Shown in pieces: positions 23,600-37,100 of a DNA stretch of 64,000 nt. The notes under the pieces are model-generated. The model worked only from the letters and a program-made list of their open reading frames with translations. It had not been told where the DNA came from and did not search any database. The position numbers were made by a program, and so were the translations under genes. How positions within the stretch are numbered: position 1 is the first letter of the stretch; each line of letters opens with the position of its first letter. The DNA is taken from positions 124,001-188,000 of the forward strand of contig CATNEN010000029.1 of the NCBI GenBank assembly GCA_950097015.1, written 5' to 3'. The DNA comes from Macrostomum hystrix (Eukaryota > Animalia > Platyhelminthes).

Positions 23600-24525
23600 T
23601 CACTTTCGATAGGATTTTGCTATCTCCAGGATTCTAAATCAGAGGATTTGCTAGCCATGATTATAAATCAGAGGATTTTGCTATCACGAGGATTCTAAAT
23701 CAGAGGATTTTGCTATCACCAGGATTCTAAATCAGAGGATTTGCTATCGATTCTAAATCAGAGGATTTTGCTATCTCCAGGATTCCAAATCAGAGGATTT
23801 GCTATCGATTCTAAATCAGAGGATTTTGCTATCTCCAGGATTCCAAATCAGAGGATTTGCTAGCCCCATGATTCTAAACCAGAGGATTTGCTAGCCCCAT
23901 GATTATAAATCAGAGGATTTGCTATCTCCAGGATTCCAAATCAGAGGATTTGCCATCTCCAGGATTCTAAATTAGAGGATTTTGCTATCTCCAGGATTCT
24001 AAATCAGAGGATTTTGCCATCTCCAGGATTCTAAATCAGAGGATTTTGCTATCTCCAGGATTCTAAATTAGAGGATTTTGCTATCTCCAGGATTCTAAAT
24101 CAGAGGATTTTGCTATCTCCAGGATTCTAAATCAGAGGATTTTGCCATCTCCAGGATTCTAAATCAGAGGATTTTGCTATCTCCAGGATTCTAAATTAGA
24201 GGATTTTGCTATCTCCAGGATTCTAAATCAGAGGATTTTGCTATCTCCAGGATTCTAAATTAGAGGATTTTGTTATCTCCAGGATTCTAAATCAGAGGAT
24301 TTTGCCATCTCCAGGATTCTAAATCAGAGGATTTTGCTATCTCCAGGATTCTAAATCAGAGGATTTTGCTATCTCCAGGATTCTAAATTAGAGGATTTTG
24401 CTATCTCCAGGATTCTAAATCAGAGGATTTTGTTATCCCCATGATTCTAAATCAGAGGATTTTGCTATCTCCAGGATTCGAAATTAGAGGATTTCGCTAT
24501 CTCTAGGATTCTAAGTCAGAGGATT
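23600..24525. repeat. 32-bp minisatellite (attttgctatctccaggattctaaatcagagg)
   Basis: Tandem units; period measured as 32. Confidence 0.96.
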
Positions 24526-25209
24526 CACTATCCACTATTCGCTATTCATAAATTTTGAATTTGGTCACGTCACGTTTGACTTAGTACAATATATAGGCAT
24601 AGCTTTGCTAGGTTAACTCTGTGACTTCATTGAGTCAATTTATCACACAATGCATACGTACTCGTATTTACTTTTCGTGCCGAATCCATGGACAAAAATC
24701 TCTACCTAAAATATTTTCCCCACCAATTCCGATGTCAATAGCAAATTTAAGAAGGGTTCGGGACGGATGCTGGTTTCTAGATACAAAGCGAATAGAATGG
24801 AGCAAAGATTTTGGCGGGGGGCAGTGTTTGGCCAGCAATACCTTTGTATTCTAATCCATTACTCAAAAAGGTTTATGCTGCAGTCTTTTTTGAAAGGGCC
24901 GGGGGTTGGACTGTAAGAAAGACGGGGAAGAGAAAATTCTTTTGATGCTGAAATGAAAAGCAGCGAAATTTTTCCCCGAATCCGACGTCCGGCTGGGTCG
25001 ATGAGGCAGCTGCTGTTGCCTCTCTGACGGCATCTTGATGTGAAGTGCAGGAACCGATGTAAATTTAGAACAGAATCTCTGCAGACAAGAGGGCAGATGG
25101 ATAGCCTATTCTGGCTGTGAGTAGCCAGATGGACAATAACAATCTTGTAATTTCTTACAAGCATGAGTAAAATATATTAATTCAGCAAAAATTTGAGACA
25201 GCATAAACC

Positions 25210-25415
25210 ACCGATGAGATACAGTATAAGATACAGTATGCGATACAGGATGAGATAAAGAATGAGATACGGAATGAGATACAGTATGAGATACAGGATG
25301 AGATACAGTATGAGATACAGTATAAGATACAGAATGAGATACAGGATGGGATACAGAATGAGATACAGGATGAGATACAGAATGAGATACAGAATGAGAT
25401 ACAGTATGAGATACA
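25210..25415. repeat. 12-bp repeat (gagatacag(a/g/t)at)
   Basis: Tandem units; source of the YLIL/YRMR ORFs. Confidence 0.93.
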
Positions 25416-25617
25416 GGGATTGGTTAGTCAGACAGCCACTACTTACCAAGACCTCGCTGGCCAGCCATTGGACGATAGCGGCCCAGCCAATCAGAGGGCT
25501 AGTCTATCCGAGACTAATGCTGCAACACATCCACCCAGCTGCAGCTTGACCTCCCCAAGTCGTTCTCAAGAAATCATTCTGAAGAAATCGAGAATTTCAG
25601 TAATTTTTCGAGGCCAG

Positions 25618-25784
25618 ATGTTACATCCGGTCCAGGGTAAGACAGCGACGTCAGCTGAAGGCTTTGGCGGCAGCAGCGGCAGCAATCGCGGTTTGGCCAG
25701 AGCGCCAAGCCTTCAGAAGCGGCACGCCTATGCCACCAAGCCCTGCAGATCGTCGGATGACGCTTGCATCGCCGAGAATTTGAG
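25618..25784 (+). CDS. Probable 5' coding exon of the RasGRP gene
   Basis: MLHPVQGK...RAPSLQKRHAYATKPCRSSDDACIAENL ends AG|GTGCGG (phase 2), matching the phase-2 acceptor at 34151; no homology support. Confidence 0.45.
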
Positions 25785-25984
25785 GTGCGGATTGTGTTAG
25801 GGAAGCTGCTGCTGTTGCTGGGTGAATCATTGCTTTAAGTGGCCCTTTATTTGCTTAGTTAGGGTTGCTACTTAAGAATTCAGTAGATCATCATTCTTTA
25901 TGACCCGGGAAGATCAATCTCAATGACTGGAGGAGAGCTCAGTCTCTTTGACCTGGGGTGGTTAATCTCCATGACCCAAGGAGG

Positions 25985-26520
25985 TCAGACTCTAAGATAG
26001 TCAGTCTCCATGACGTGGGGAGGTCAGTCTCCATGAGGTGGGGAGGTCAGTCTCCATGACGTGCGGAGGTCAGCCTCCATGAGGTGGGGAGGTCAGTCTC
26101 CATGACGTGGGGAGGTCAGTCTCCATGAGGTGGGGAGGTCAGTCTCCATGACGTGGGGAGTTCAGTCTCCATGACGTGGGGAGGTCAGTCTCCATGAGGT
26201 GGGGAGGTCAGTCTCCATGGCGTGGGGAGGTCAGTCTCCATGACGTGGGGAGGTCAATCTTGATGACCTGGGAGGTTAATCTTGATGACCTGGGGAGGTC
26301 AGTCTTGATGACCTGGGGAGGTCAATCTTGATGACCTGGGGAGGTCAATCTTGATGACCTGGGGAGGTCAGTCTTGATGACCTGGGGAGGTCAATCTTGA
26401 TGACCTGGGGAGGTCAGTCTTGATGACCTGGGGAGGTCAATCTTGATGACCTGGGGAGGTCAATCTTGATGACCTGGGGAGGTCAATCTTGATGACCTGG
26501 GGAAGTCAGTCTCCATAAAG
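25985..26520. repeat. 23-bp G-rich minisatellite (ggggaggtcagtctccatgacgt / ggggaggtcaatcttgatgacct)
   Basis: Two sub-blocks of variant units. Confidence 0.95.
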
Positions 26521-26819
26521 TAGGTAAGTCATAGTCTTCCGTATAAGGCTGGCTATTGACAGACCCCTGCTATGTGTACAGTAATTTAATACATTATCGC
26601 TGCTTCACTAGAAATATTTAACCGCAATTCGATACGGAGCTAAAATGGGAAAATTTGAATTTATTTGGGATGGAATTTATGTCATCTTATCCCTCTCTTC
26701 TTCTTAGTGGATGCATCATTTTTCGATTTTATAAAAATCTATTTGAACGCGTCACGCGTTTGAACGAATGACTATTCCTAGAATCATAACAGATGAAATC
26801 TGGACTGTTTCGTGACTGC

Positions 26820-29800
26820 TTGGATTTATCCCAATCCTACTATCGCATTTATCCCAATCCTACTATCGCATTTAATCCCAATCCTACTACCGGATTTATC
26901 CCAATCCTACTATCGGATTTATCCCAATCCTACTATCGCATTTATCCCAATACTACTATCGGATTTATCCCAATCCTACTGTCGCATTTATCCCAATCCT
27001 ACTATCGCATTTAATCCCAATCCTACTACCGGATTTATCCCAATCCTACTACCGGATTTATCCCAATCCTACTATCGCATTTATCCCAATCCTACTATCG
27101 CATTTAATCCCAATCCTACTACCGGATTTATCCCAATCCTACTACCGGATTTATCCCAATCCTACTATCGCATTTAATCCCAATCCTACTACCGGATTTA
27201 TCCCAATCCTACTACCGGATTTATCCCAATCCTACTATCAGATTTATCCCAATCCTACTACCGGATTTATCCCAATCCTACTATCGTATTTATCCCAATC
27301 CTACTATCGTATTTATCCCAATCCTACTATCGGATTTAATCGCAATCCTACTGTCGCATTTATCCCAATCCTACTATCAGATTTATCCCAATCCTACTAT
27401 CGCATTTAATCCCAATCCTACTATCGCATTTAATCCCAATCCTACTATCGCATTTAATCCCAATCCTACTATCGCATTTAATCCCAATCCTACTATCGGA
27501 TTTATCCCAATCCTACTATCGGATTTATCCCAATCCTACTACCGGATTTATCCCAATCCTACTATCGGATTTATCCCAATCCTACTATCAGATTTATCCC
27601 AATACTACTATCGCATTTATCCCAATACTACTATCGGATTTATCCCAATCCTACTGTCGCATTTATCCCAATCCTACTATCAGATTTATCCCAATCCTAC
27701 TATCGCATTTATCCCAATCCTACTACCGGATTTATCCCAATCCTACTATCGCATTTAATCCCAATCCTACTACCGGATTTATCCCAATCCTACTATCGCA
27801 TTTAATCCCAATCCTACTACCGGATTTATCCCAATCCTACTATCGGATTTAATCGCAATCCTACTACCGGATTTATCCCAATCCTACTATCGTATTTATC
27901 CCAATCCTACTACCGGATTTATCCCAATCCTACTATCGTATTTATCCCAATCCTACTACCGGATTTATCCCAATCCTACTATCGTATTTATCCCAATCCT
28001 ACTATCGTATTTATCCCAATCCTACTATCGGATTTAATCGCAATCCTACTGTCGCATTTATCCCAATCCTACTATCAGATTTATCCCAATCCTACTATCG
28101 CATTTAATCCCAATCCTACTATCGTATTTATCCCAATCCTACTACCGGATTTATCCCAATCCTACTATCGTATTTATCCCAATCCTACTACCGGATTTAT
28201 CCCAATCCTACTATCGTATTTATCCCAATCCTACTATCGCATTTAATCCCAATCCTACTATCGCATTTAATCCCAATCCTACTATCGCATTTAATCCCAA
28301 TCCTACTATCGCATTTAATCCCAATCCTACTATCGGATTTATCCCAATCCTACTATCGGATTTATCCCAATCCTACTACCGGATTTATCCCAATCCTACT
28401 ATCGGATTTATCCCAATCCTACTATCAGATTTATCCCAATACTACTATCGCATTTATCCCAATACTACTATCGGATTTATCCCAATCCTACTGTCGCATT
28501 TAATCCCAATCCTACTATCAGATTTATCCCAATCCTACTATCGCATTTATCCCAATCCTACTACCGGATTTATCCCAATCCTACTATCGCATTTAATCCC
28601 AATCCTACTACCGGATTTATCCCAATCCTACTATCGCATTTAATCCCAATCCTACTATCGTATTTATCCCAATCCTACTACCGGATTTATCCCAATCCTA
28701 CTATCGTATTTATCCCAATCCTACTACCGGATTTATCCCAATCCTACTATCGTATTTATCCCAATCCTACTATCGTATTTATCCCAATCCTACTATCGGA
28801 TTTAATCGCAATCCTACTGTCGCATTTATCCCAATCCTACTATCAGATTTATCCCAATCCTACTATCGCATTTAATCCCAATCCTACTATCGCATTTAAT
28901 CCCAATCCTACTATCGCATTTAATCCCAATCCTACTATCGTATTTATCCCAATCCTACTACCGGATTTATCCCAATCCTACTATCGGATTTATCCCAATC
29001 CTACTACCGGATTTATCCCAATCCTACTATCGGATTTATCCCAATCCTACTATCAGATTTATCCCAATACTACTATCGCATTTATCCCAATACTACTATC
29101 GGATTTATCCCAATCCTACTGTCGCATTTAATCCCAATCCTACTATCAGATTTATCCCAATCCTACTATCGCATTTATCCCAATCCTACTACCGGATTTA
29201 TCCCAATCCTACTATCGCATTTAATCCCAATCCTACTACCGGATTTATCCCAATCCTACTATCGCATTTAATCCCAATCCTACTACCGGATTTATCCCAA
29301 TCCTACTATCGGATTTAATCGCAATCCTACTACCGGATTTATCCCAATCCTACTATCGTATTTATCCCAATCCTACTATCAGATTTATCCCAATCCTACT
29401 ATCAGATTTATCCCAATCCTACTATCGCATTTATCCCAATCCTACTACCGGATTTATCCCAATCCTACTATCGCATTTAATCCCAATCCAACTACCGGAT
29501 TTATCCCAATCCTACTATCGCATTTAATCCCAATCCTACTATCGCATTTAATCCCAATCCTACTATCGCATTTAATCCTGATCCTACTACCGGATTTATC
29601 CCAATCCTACTATCGCATTTAATCCCAATCCTACTATCGCATTTAATCCCAATCCTACTATCGCATTTAATCCCAATCCTACTATCGCATTTAATCCCAA
29701 TCCTACTATCGGATTTATCCCAATCCTACTATCGGATTTATCCCAATCCTACTATCGCATTTAATCCCAATCCTACTATCGCATTTAATCCCAATCCTAC

Positions 29801-31045
29801 TATCGCATTTAATCCTAATCCTACTACCGGATTTATCCCAATCCTACTATCGTATTTATCCCAATCCTACTATCAGATTTATCCCAATCCTACTATCAGA
29901 TTTATCCCAATCCTACTATCAGATTTATCCCAATCCTACTATCGCATTTAATCCCAATCCTACTACCGGATTTATCCCAATCCTACTATCGCATTTAATC
30001 CCAATCCTACTACCGGATTTATCCCAATCCTACTATCGCATTTATCCCAATCCTACTACCGGATTTATCCCAATCCTACTATCGCATTTATCCCAATCCT
30101 ACTATCGGATTTATCCCAATCCTAGTATCGCATTTATCCCAATCCTACTACCGGATTTATCCCAATCCTACTATCAGATTTATCCCAATCCTACTATCGC
30201 ATTTAATCCTAATCCTACTATCGCATTTAATCCTAATCCTACTATCGCATTTAATCCCAATCCTACTATCGGATTTATCCCAATCCTACTATCACATTTA
30301 ATCCCAATCCTACTATCGGATTTATCCCAATCCTACTATCGGATTTATCCCAATCCTACTATCGCATTTATCCCAATCCTACTATCGGATTTATCCCAAT
30401 CCTACTATCGCATTTATCCCAATCCTACTACCGGATTTATCCCAATCCTACTATCGGATTTATCCCAATCCTACTATCGGATTTATCCCAATCCTACTAC
30501 CGGATTTATCCCAATCCTACTACCGGATTTATCCCAATCCTACTACCGGATTTATCCCAATCCTACTACCGGATTTATCCCAATCCTACTATCGGATTTA
30601 TCCCAATCCTACTACCGGATTTATCCCAATCCTACTACCGGATTTATCCCAATCCTACTATCGCATTTATCAAAATCCTACTATCGCATTTAATCCCAAT
30701 CCTACTATCGCAATTAATCCCAATCCTACTATCGCATTTAATCCCAATCCTACTATCGCATTTAATCCCAATCCTACTATCGCATTTAATCCCAATCCTA
30801 CTATCGCATTTAATCCCAATCCTACTATCGCATTTAATCCCAATCCTACTATCGCATTTAATCCCAATCCTACTATCGGATTTATCCCAATCCTACTATC
30901 GGATTTATCCCAATCCTACTATCGGATTTATCCCAATGCTACTATTGGATTTATCCCAATCCTACCTATTATCGCATTTTATCCCAATCCTACTATCGCA
31001 TTTAATCCCAATCCTACTATCGGATTTATCCCAATCCTACTACCG
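26820..31045. repeat. 23/24-bp satellite (tt(a)atcccaatcctactatcgcat), ~4.2 kb
   Basis: About 180 tandem units with recurring variants. Confidence 0.98.
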
Positions 31046-33075
31046 GATTTATCCCAATCCTAACAGAGGAATAATCCCAATCCTTTTATCTGGTTTATCC
31101 CATTCCTAACAGAGGATTTATCCCATTCCTAACAGAGGATTTATCCCATTCCTAACAGAGGATTTATCCCAATTCTTTTATCTGGTTTATCCCATTCCTA
31201 ACAGAGGATTTATCCCATTCCTAACAGAGGATTTATCCCAATCCTAAAAGAGGAATAATCCCAATTCTTTTATCTGGTTTATCCCATTCCTAACAGAGAA
31301 ATAATCCCAATTCTTTTATCTGGTTTATCCCATTCCTAACAGAGAAATAATCCCAATTCTTTTATCTGGTTTATCCCATTCCTAACAGAGAAATAATCCC
31401 AATTCTTTTATCTGGTTTATCCCATTCCTAACAGAGAAATAATCCCAATTCTTTTATCTGGTTTATCCCATTCCTAACAGAGAAATAATCCCAATTCTTT
31501 TATCTGGTTTATCCCATTCCTAACAGAGGAATAATCCCAATTCTTTTATCTGTTTTATCCCATTCCTAACAGAGGATTTATCGCAATCCTAACAGAGGAA
31601 TAATCTGAATTCTTTTATCTGGTTTATCCCATTCCTAACAGAGGAATAATCCCAATTCTTTTATCTGGTTTATCCCATTCCTAACAGAGGATTTATCTCA
31701 ATCCTTTTATCTGATTTATCCCATTCCTAACAGAGGATTTATCCCAATCCTAACAGAGGAATAATCCCAATTCTTTTATCTGGTTTATTCTATTCCTAAC
31801 AGAGGAATAATCCCAATTCTTTTATCTGGTTTATCCCATTCCTAACAGAGGAATAATCCCAATTATTTTATCTGGTTTATCCCATTCCTAACAGAGGATT
31901 TATCTCAATCCTTTTATCTGATTTATCCCAATCCTAACAGAGGATTTATCCCAATCCTAACAGAGGAATAATCCCAATTCTTTATCTGGTTTATCCCATT
32001 CCTAACAGAGGAATAAACCCAATTCTTTTATCTGGTTTATCCCAATCCTAACAGAGGAATAATCCCAATTCTTTTATCTGGTTTATCCCATTCCTAACAG
32101 AGGATTTATCCCAATCCTAACAGAATAATAATCCCAATTCTTTTATCTGGTTTATCCCATTCCTAACAGAGGAATAATCCCAATTCTTTTATCTGGTTTA
32201 TCCCATTCCTAACAGAGGATTTATCCCAATCCTAACATAGGAAAAATCCCAATTATTTTATCTGGTTTATCCCATTCCTAACAGAGGAATAATCCCAATT
32301 CTTTTATCTGGTTTATCCCATTCCTAACAGAGGAATAAACCCAATTCTTTTATCTGGTTTATCCCATTCCTAACAGAGGAACAATCCCAATTCTTTTATC
32401 TGGTTTATCCCATTCCTAACAGAGGATTTATCGCAATCCTAACAGAGGAATAATCCCAATTCTTTTATCTGGTTTATCCCATTCCTAACAGAGGATTTAT
32501 CTCAATCCTTTTATCTGATTTATCCCAATCCTAACAGAGGATTTATCCCAATCCTAACAGAGGAATAATCCCAATTCTTTTATCTGGTTTATTCTATTCC
32601 TAACAGAGGAATAATCCCAATTCTTTTATCTGGTTTATCCCATTCCTAACAGAGGAATAATCCCAATTCTTTTATCTGGTTTATCCCATTCCTAACAGAG
32701 GAATAATCCCAATTCTTTTATCTGGTTTATCCCATTCCTAACAGAGGAATAATCCCAATTCTTTTATCTGGTTTATCCCATTCCTAACAGAGGAATAATC
32801 CCAACTCTTTTATCTGGTTTATCCCATTCCTAACAGAGGAATAATCCCAACTCTTTTATCTGGTTTATTCCATTCCTAACAGAGGAATAATCCCAATTCT
32901 TTTATCTGGTTTATCCTAATCCTAACAGAGGAATAATCCAAATTCTTTTATCTGGTTTATCCCATTCCTAACAGAGGATTTATCTCAATCCTTTTATCTG
33001 ATTTATCCCAATCCTAACAGAGGATTTATCTCAATCCTTTTATCTGATTTATCCCAATCCTAACAGAGGATTTGT
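31046..33075. repeat. 46-bp dimeric satellite (atcccaattcttttatctggtttatcccattcctaacagaggaata), ~2 kb
   Basis: Two diverged 23-mers per unit; abuts the 23/24-bp array. Confidence 0.96.
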
Positions 33076-33724
33076 TTCAATCCAACTCCCACGTTTTCCC
33101 GATCACACCCAGCAATTTATTCCCTATATTGCTGTGAATTCGCAATGTGAAGTCTCCTTCTTCAGCATTGTAGTTCAGGTCAATCCTGCCAATTGGCTGA
33201 ACTCGCCGATGAGCCAATCATTCATCAGCTGTTATGGCGATCATTCACACTTTGCTGACTCCGCTGATCGTTAATAATGCACGCAGGCGACTGATGAGAG
33301 CCATATTCCCGAAACTAAATTTCAATTTTTAAAGGACAGCTTTAGCAATATGCTTTAGAATATTGGGGTGGGGGTAGCACAGCGGACTTTAGAACTAGGA
33401 TAATCTTCCCATTTTCTCCCAGTTTCAATTTTTTTCCATTTAACAACATCCTGAGAATCTCGCCGCCTTCCGTGGATGCTCCCCCCGTAAGGGAAAATAA
33501 TCCCATCTAGAGAAGGGTGAAAACCACAAGAAAACCAAAACTCAATTTATTTCCTTCTATAACTTTGATCGCTTCACTTTAGCAAGAAAGAAAAACCAAT
33601 TATGAACCCTTGGAGTCATTTGTACTGAAGCGGAAGACCAGTTATGAATCTGGCGCTGCCGATCTAATAGTCTATGAGTGCGTTCGAAGATTGGCAAACT
33701 TGCAAACTAACTTTTTCAGACTAA

Positions 33725-34080
<356 letters not shown>

Positions 34081-34150
34081 ATTGAGATTCGAACTCTCGA
34101 CCTCACTAGATGCTTTAAACTTTATTTATTATCGCCAATGACAACAACAG

Positions 34151-37100
34151 TGGCGAGAAGGAGATCCTGTTGAGCGACCATCCGAATGACGAGCTCATAG
34201 TTCGGGGTGGCACTCTGCGCGGCTTGGTTGAGTTCGGCATGATGTGCTTCGGTGAGCTGATTACAAATGAGCAATGTTTTCAAACTCCGAATGTTACTTA
34301 CTTAGAATATAATTATGAGCCTCAACCTATCTGGCAGAGGTGTGCAACAACGAGCTGCAGGTGTCCAACCCGCAGTTCCTATCCGTGCTACTCCTCATGC
34401 ACGAATGGATAACTGACTCAGTAACCATGGCGTCCACTATTATTGAGATCTGCGAACAGAATGCCCAGATGACACGCCGGGGCCTCTTCATGATCAGGTA
34501 AGATAACTTTTAATCCTTTTTTAAGATAGCTTCTTAGATCCGATTGGCTCAGTCGGGGCTTCAAGTTCAGTAAATATCGCTGATTGGCTGCGATAATTTT
34601 TTTTCTATTTTCTCACCCCTCACAAATTTCTGATTGGCTAATTTGGGGTTTATACTCACCCTAGGTAGCTGATTGACTGCGATAATTCCGCTATCAGTTT
34701 TCTAACTCCTCACAAAGTTCTCATTGGCTCAGTTAGGGTTAAAGCTCAGCCTCGGTCGCTGATTGGCTAAAGCCAGAATTTTCTCTCCAAGTTAAGTTTC
34801 TCTTGTTGCTGGGTTTTTTCCTGCTTAATAAAGTTGAATATGTTTTGCCAGTCGCTTACGAGCTCGTATTTCCACCGCCAGATTTTGGATCCAGAAGTAC
34901 CCGAGCGCTTTCGAGGGCAACCGTGCCCTGGCCAGACTTGTTGAAGCATTCTTCGAGAGAGTCAACGCCAGAGACCTCGACAACATTGTATCTTCGGCCG
35001 ACATCAGAGCGACGTGAGTTATGCAGCAAACTCAGTTCAATGGCAGCAACAAAATATGCAAAGATTTTCCAGGTTAATTACTCGTATATTCTGAACAATC
35101 ATTTCAGGGTCAAGCACGAATGGCTCAGGCTGGACTCGCTGAAGAAGGGTCGAGTTAATCACGACAGCGTCAACTCGCTGGTCTTCAACCAGCTGGAGCC
35201 CGAGCAGCTGGCCGCCCAGTTGACTGTCCTGGAATTCAAGGCTTTCAGACGCATTCAGGTTAGCAACGCTGGATTAGTAGTAATTGTAGCAGATGCGTTA
35301 GACGAATTGAAGCAGAAACGGTGCAGTAACCATACGTACCTAGAATCGAAGCAGGAATCGTACCTACGTAAAATCGAAGCAGGAATCGTACGTACGTAGA
35401 ATCGAAGCAGGAATCTTACCCACGTAGAATCGAAGCAGGAATCGTACCTACGTAGAATCGAAGCAGGAATCGTACCTACGTAGAATCGAAGCAGGAATCG
35501 TACCTACGTAGAATCGAAGCAGGAATCTTACCCACGTAGAATCGAAGCAGGAATCGTACCTACCTAGAACAAAGCCGCAAAATTAAATAGAACCAAAGCA
35601 GGAATCGTACATACCTAGAGTTTAAGCAGGAGCCGTAAATAGAATCGAAGCAGGAACCGTAGCATTAGTTGTTGCTAGAATAAAACTATTTGGGTTCAAT
35701 AAGCCATTAAAAATCGCACGTAACATTGAAGGTCACCGATCTGAGAAACTACGCTCAATGTGAAAATCTGCGCGGCAGTCCCTACCTGGAGAAGTCGGTG
35801 ACCCTGTTCAATGGCCTGTCGCAGTGGGTTCAGTGTATGATACTTAGCAAGTCCACCCCGGTGGAGAGGGCCAAAGTTGTGGCCAAATTTCTCGAGGTAT
35901 CGGAGGTAAGAATAATTCCACTGTGGTTGTGTGGGCTGTCTGTTAGTTAATTATATTAACGATTTATTGGCAAGTCATTATGGACAGGAGTAATTAGACT
36001 CGTGATTAGAAAAATTCTAAATGTAATAAGGGACACAAAGAAAAACAGGCCAGATAATGATAATTATAATTTAGACTGGTGATAAAGGAACTTGACTAAT
36101 GAGAAAGGCGATTAAGATCCTGGTTGATTAAACAGGCGATAAGGAACATGACTAATTAGATAGGTGATAAGGAAGATAACTAATTTGACAGGCAATAAAT
36201 AACATGACTAGTTAGACAGGCGATATGGAACAAGCCTAATTAGAAAATTAGACAGGTGATATGAAACAAGACTAATTAGAAAATTAGACAGGTGAAAAGG
36301 GACATGACTAATTAGACAGGCGATAAGTAACATGACTAATTAGACAGGCGATTAAGATCATGACTGGACAGGTAATAAATGAGCTCGCTGATAAGACGGG
36401 CAAGGCAATGAAGCACACGGGAACACCTGTCACAGGAGTTGCGCAGGATGCACAACTACAACTCGCTGATGTCGGTGATTGGCGGCCTGAATCACAGCTC
36501 CATAGCTCGCCTGAGCAAGACTCACACCTGCCTGTCGCAGAAGTCGCAGAAGGTGATTGATTGTGTGATAAATCCAGGATGTTTTGAGCAGTTCTCGTCA
36601 ATTCGATCATTAACCCTTCGCAGCTGCTGACGGACATGGTTGAGTTCTTGTCTTCCTCCAACAATTTCACCAATTATCGCAGAGAGTACGCCGAGGTTCA
36701 AGAATTTAAAATCCCTATTCTGTGAGTACACTCTGTGTGCGGGCGTGTTTAGTGCCGATATTAGCTCGTAAAATAGCTTAAAACTCACCAAACAAAAAAA
36801 TGGATTTTTTTTACTTTTATTTATATTTTTTACTTTAACTGGCTCTTTATCTATATATTTATTTAATTTTTTAAAGGACCTTGGCATTCGCGGAATTCAA
36901 TAGAATTGATTTGGTCGATTTCGAGAATTCGTTGTTTGTGGAATCTCAGTAACTTCGTTGATAGTTGATTTAAAAATCGTTGATCAAGTAAAAATCATTG
37001 ATTACGAAAAATCGTTAATTTATGGAATTTGTTAGAAATGTAAACAAGTATAAACAAACAAATTTACGAATTGTTCGTTAAAATAAATTATCCTTTTTAC

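Noticed and set aside
26820-33075. CRISPR-like or telomeric appearance of the long arrays
   Set aside because: Units abut with no unique spacers, there are no cas genes and the context is eukaryotic. The unit is not TTAGGG despite the strand bias.
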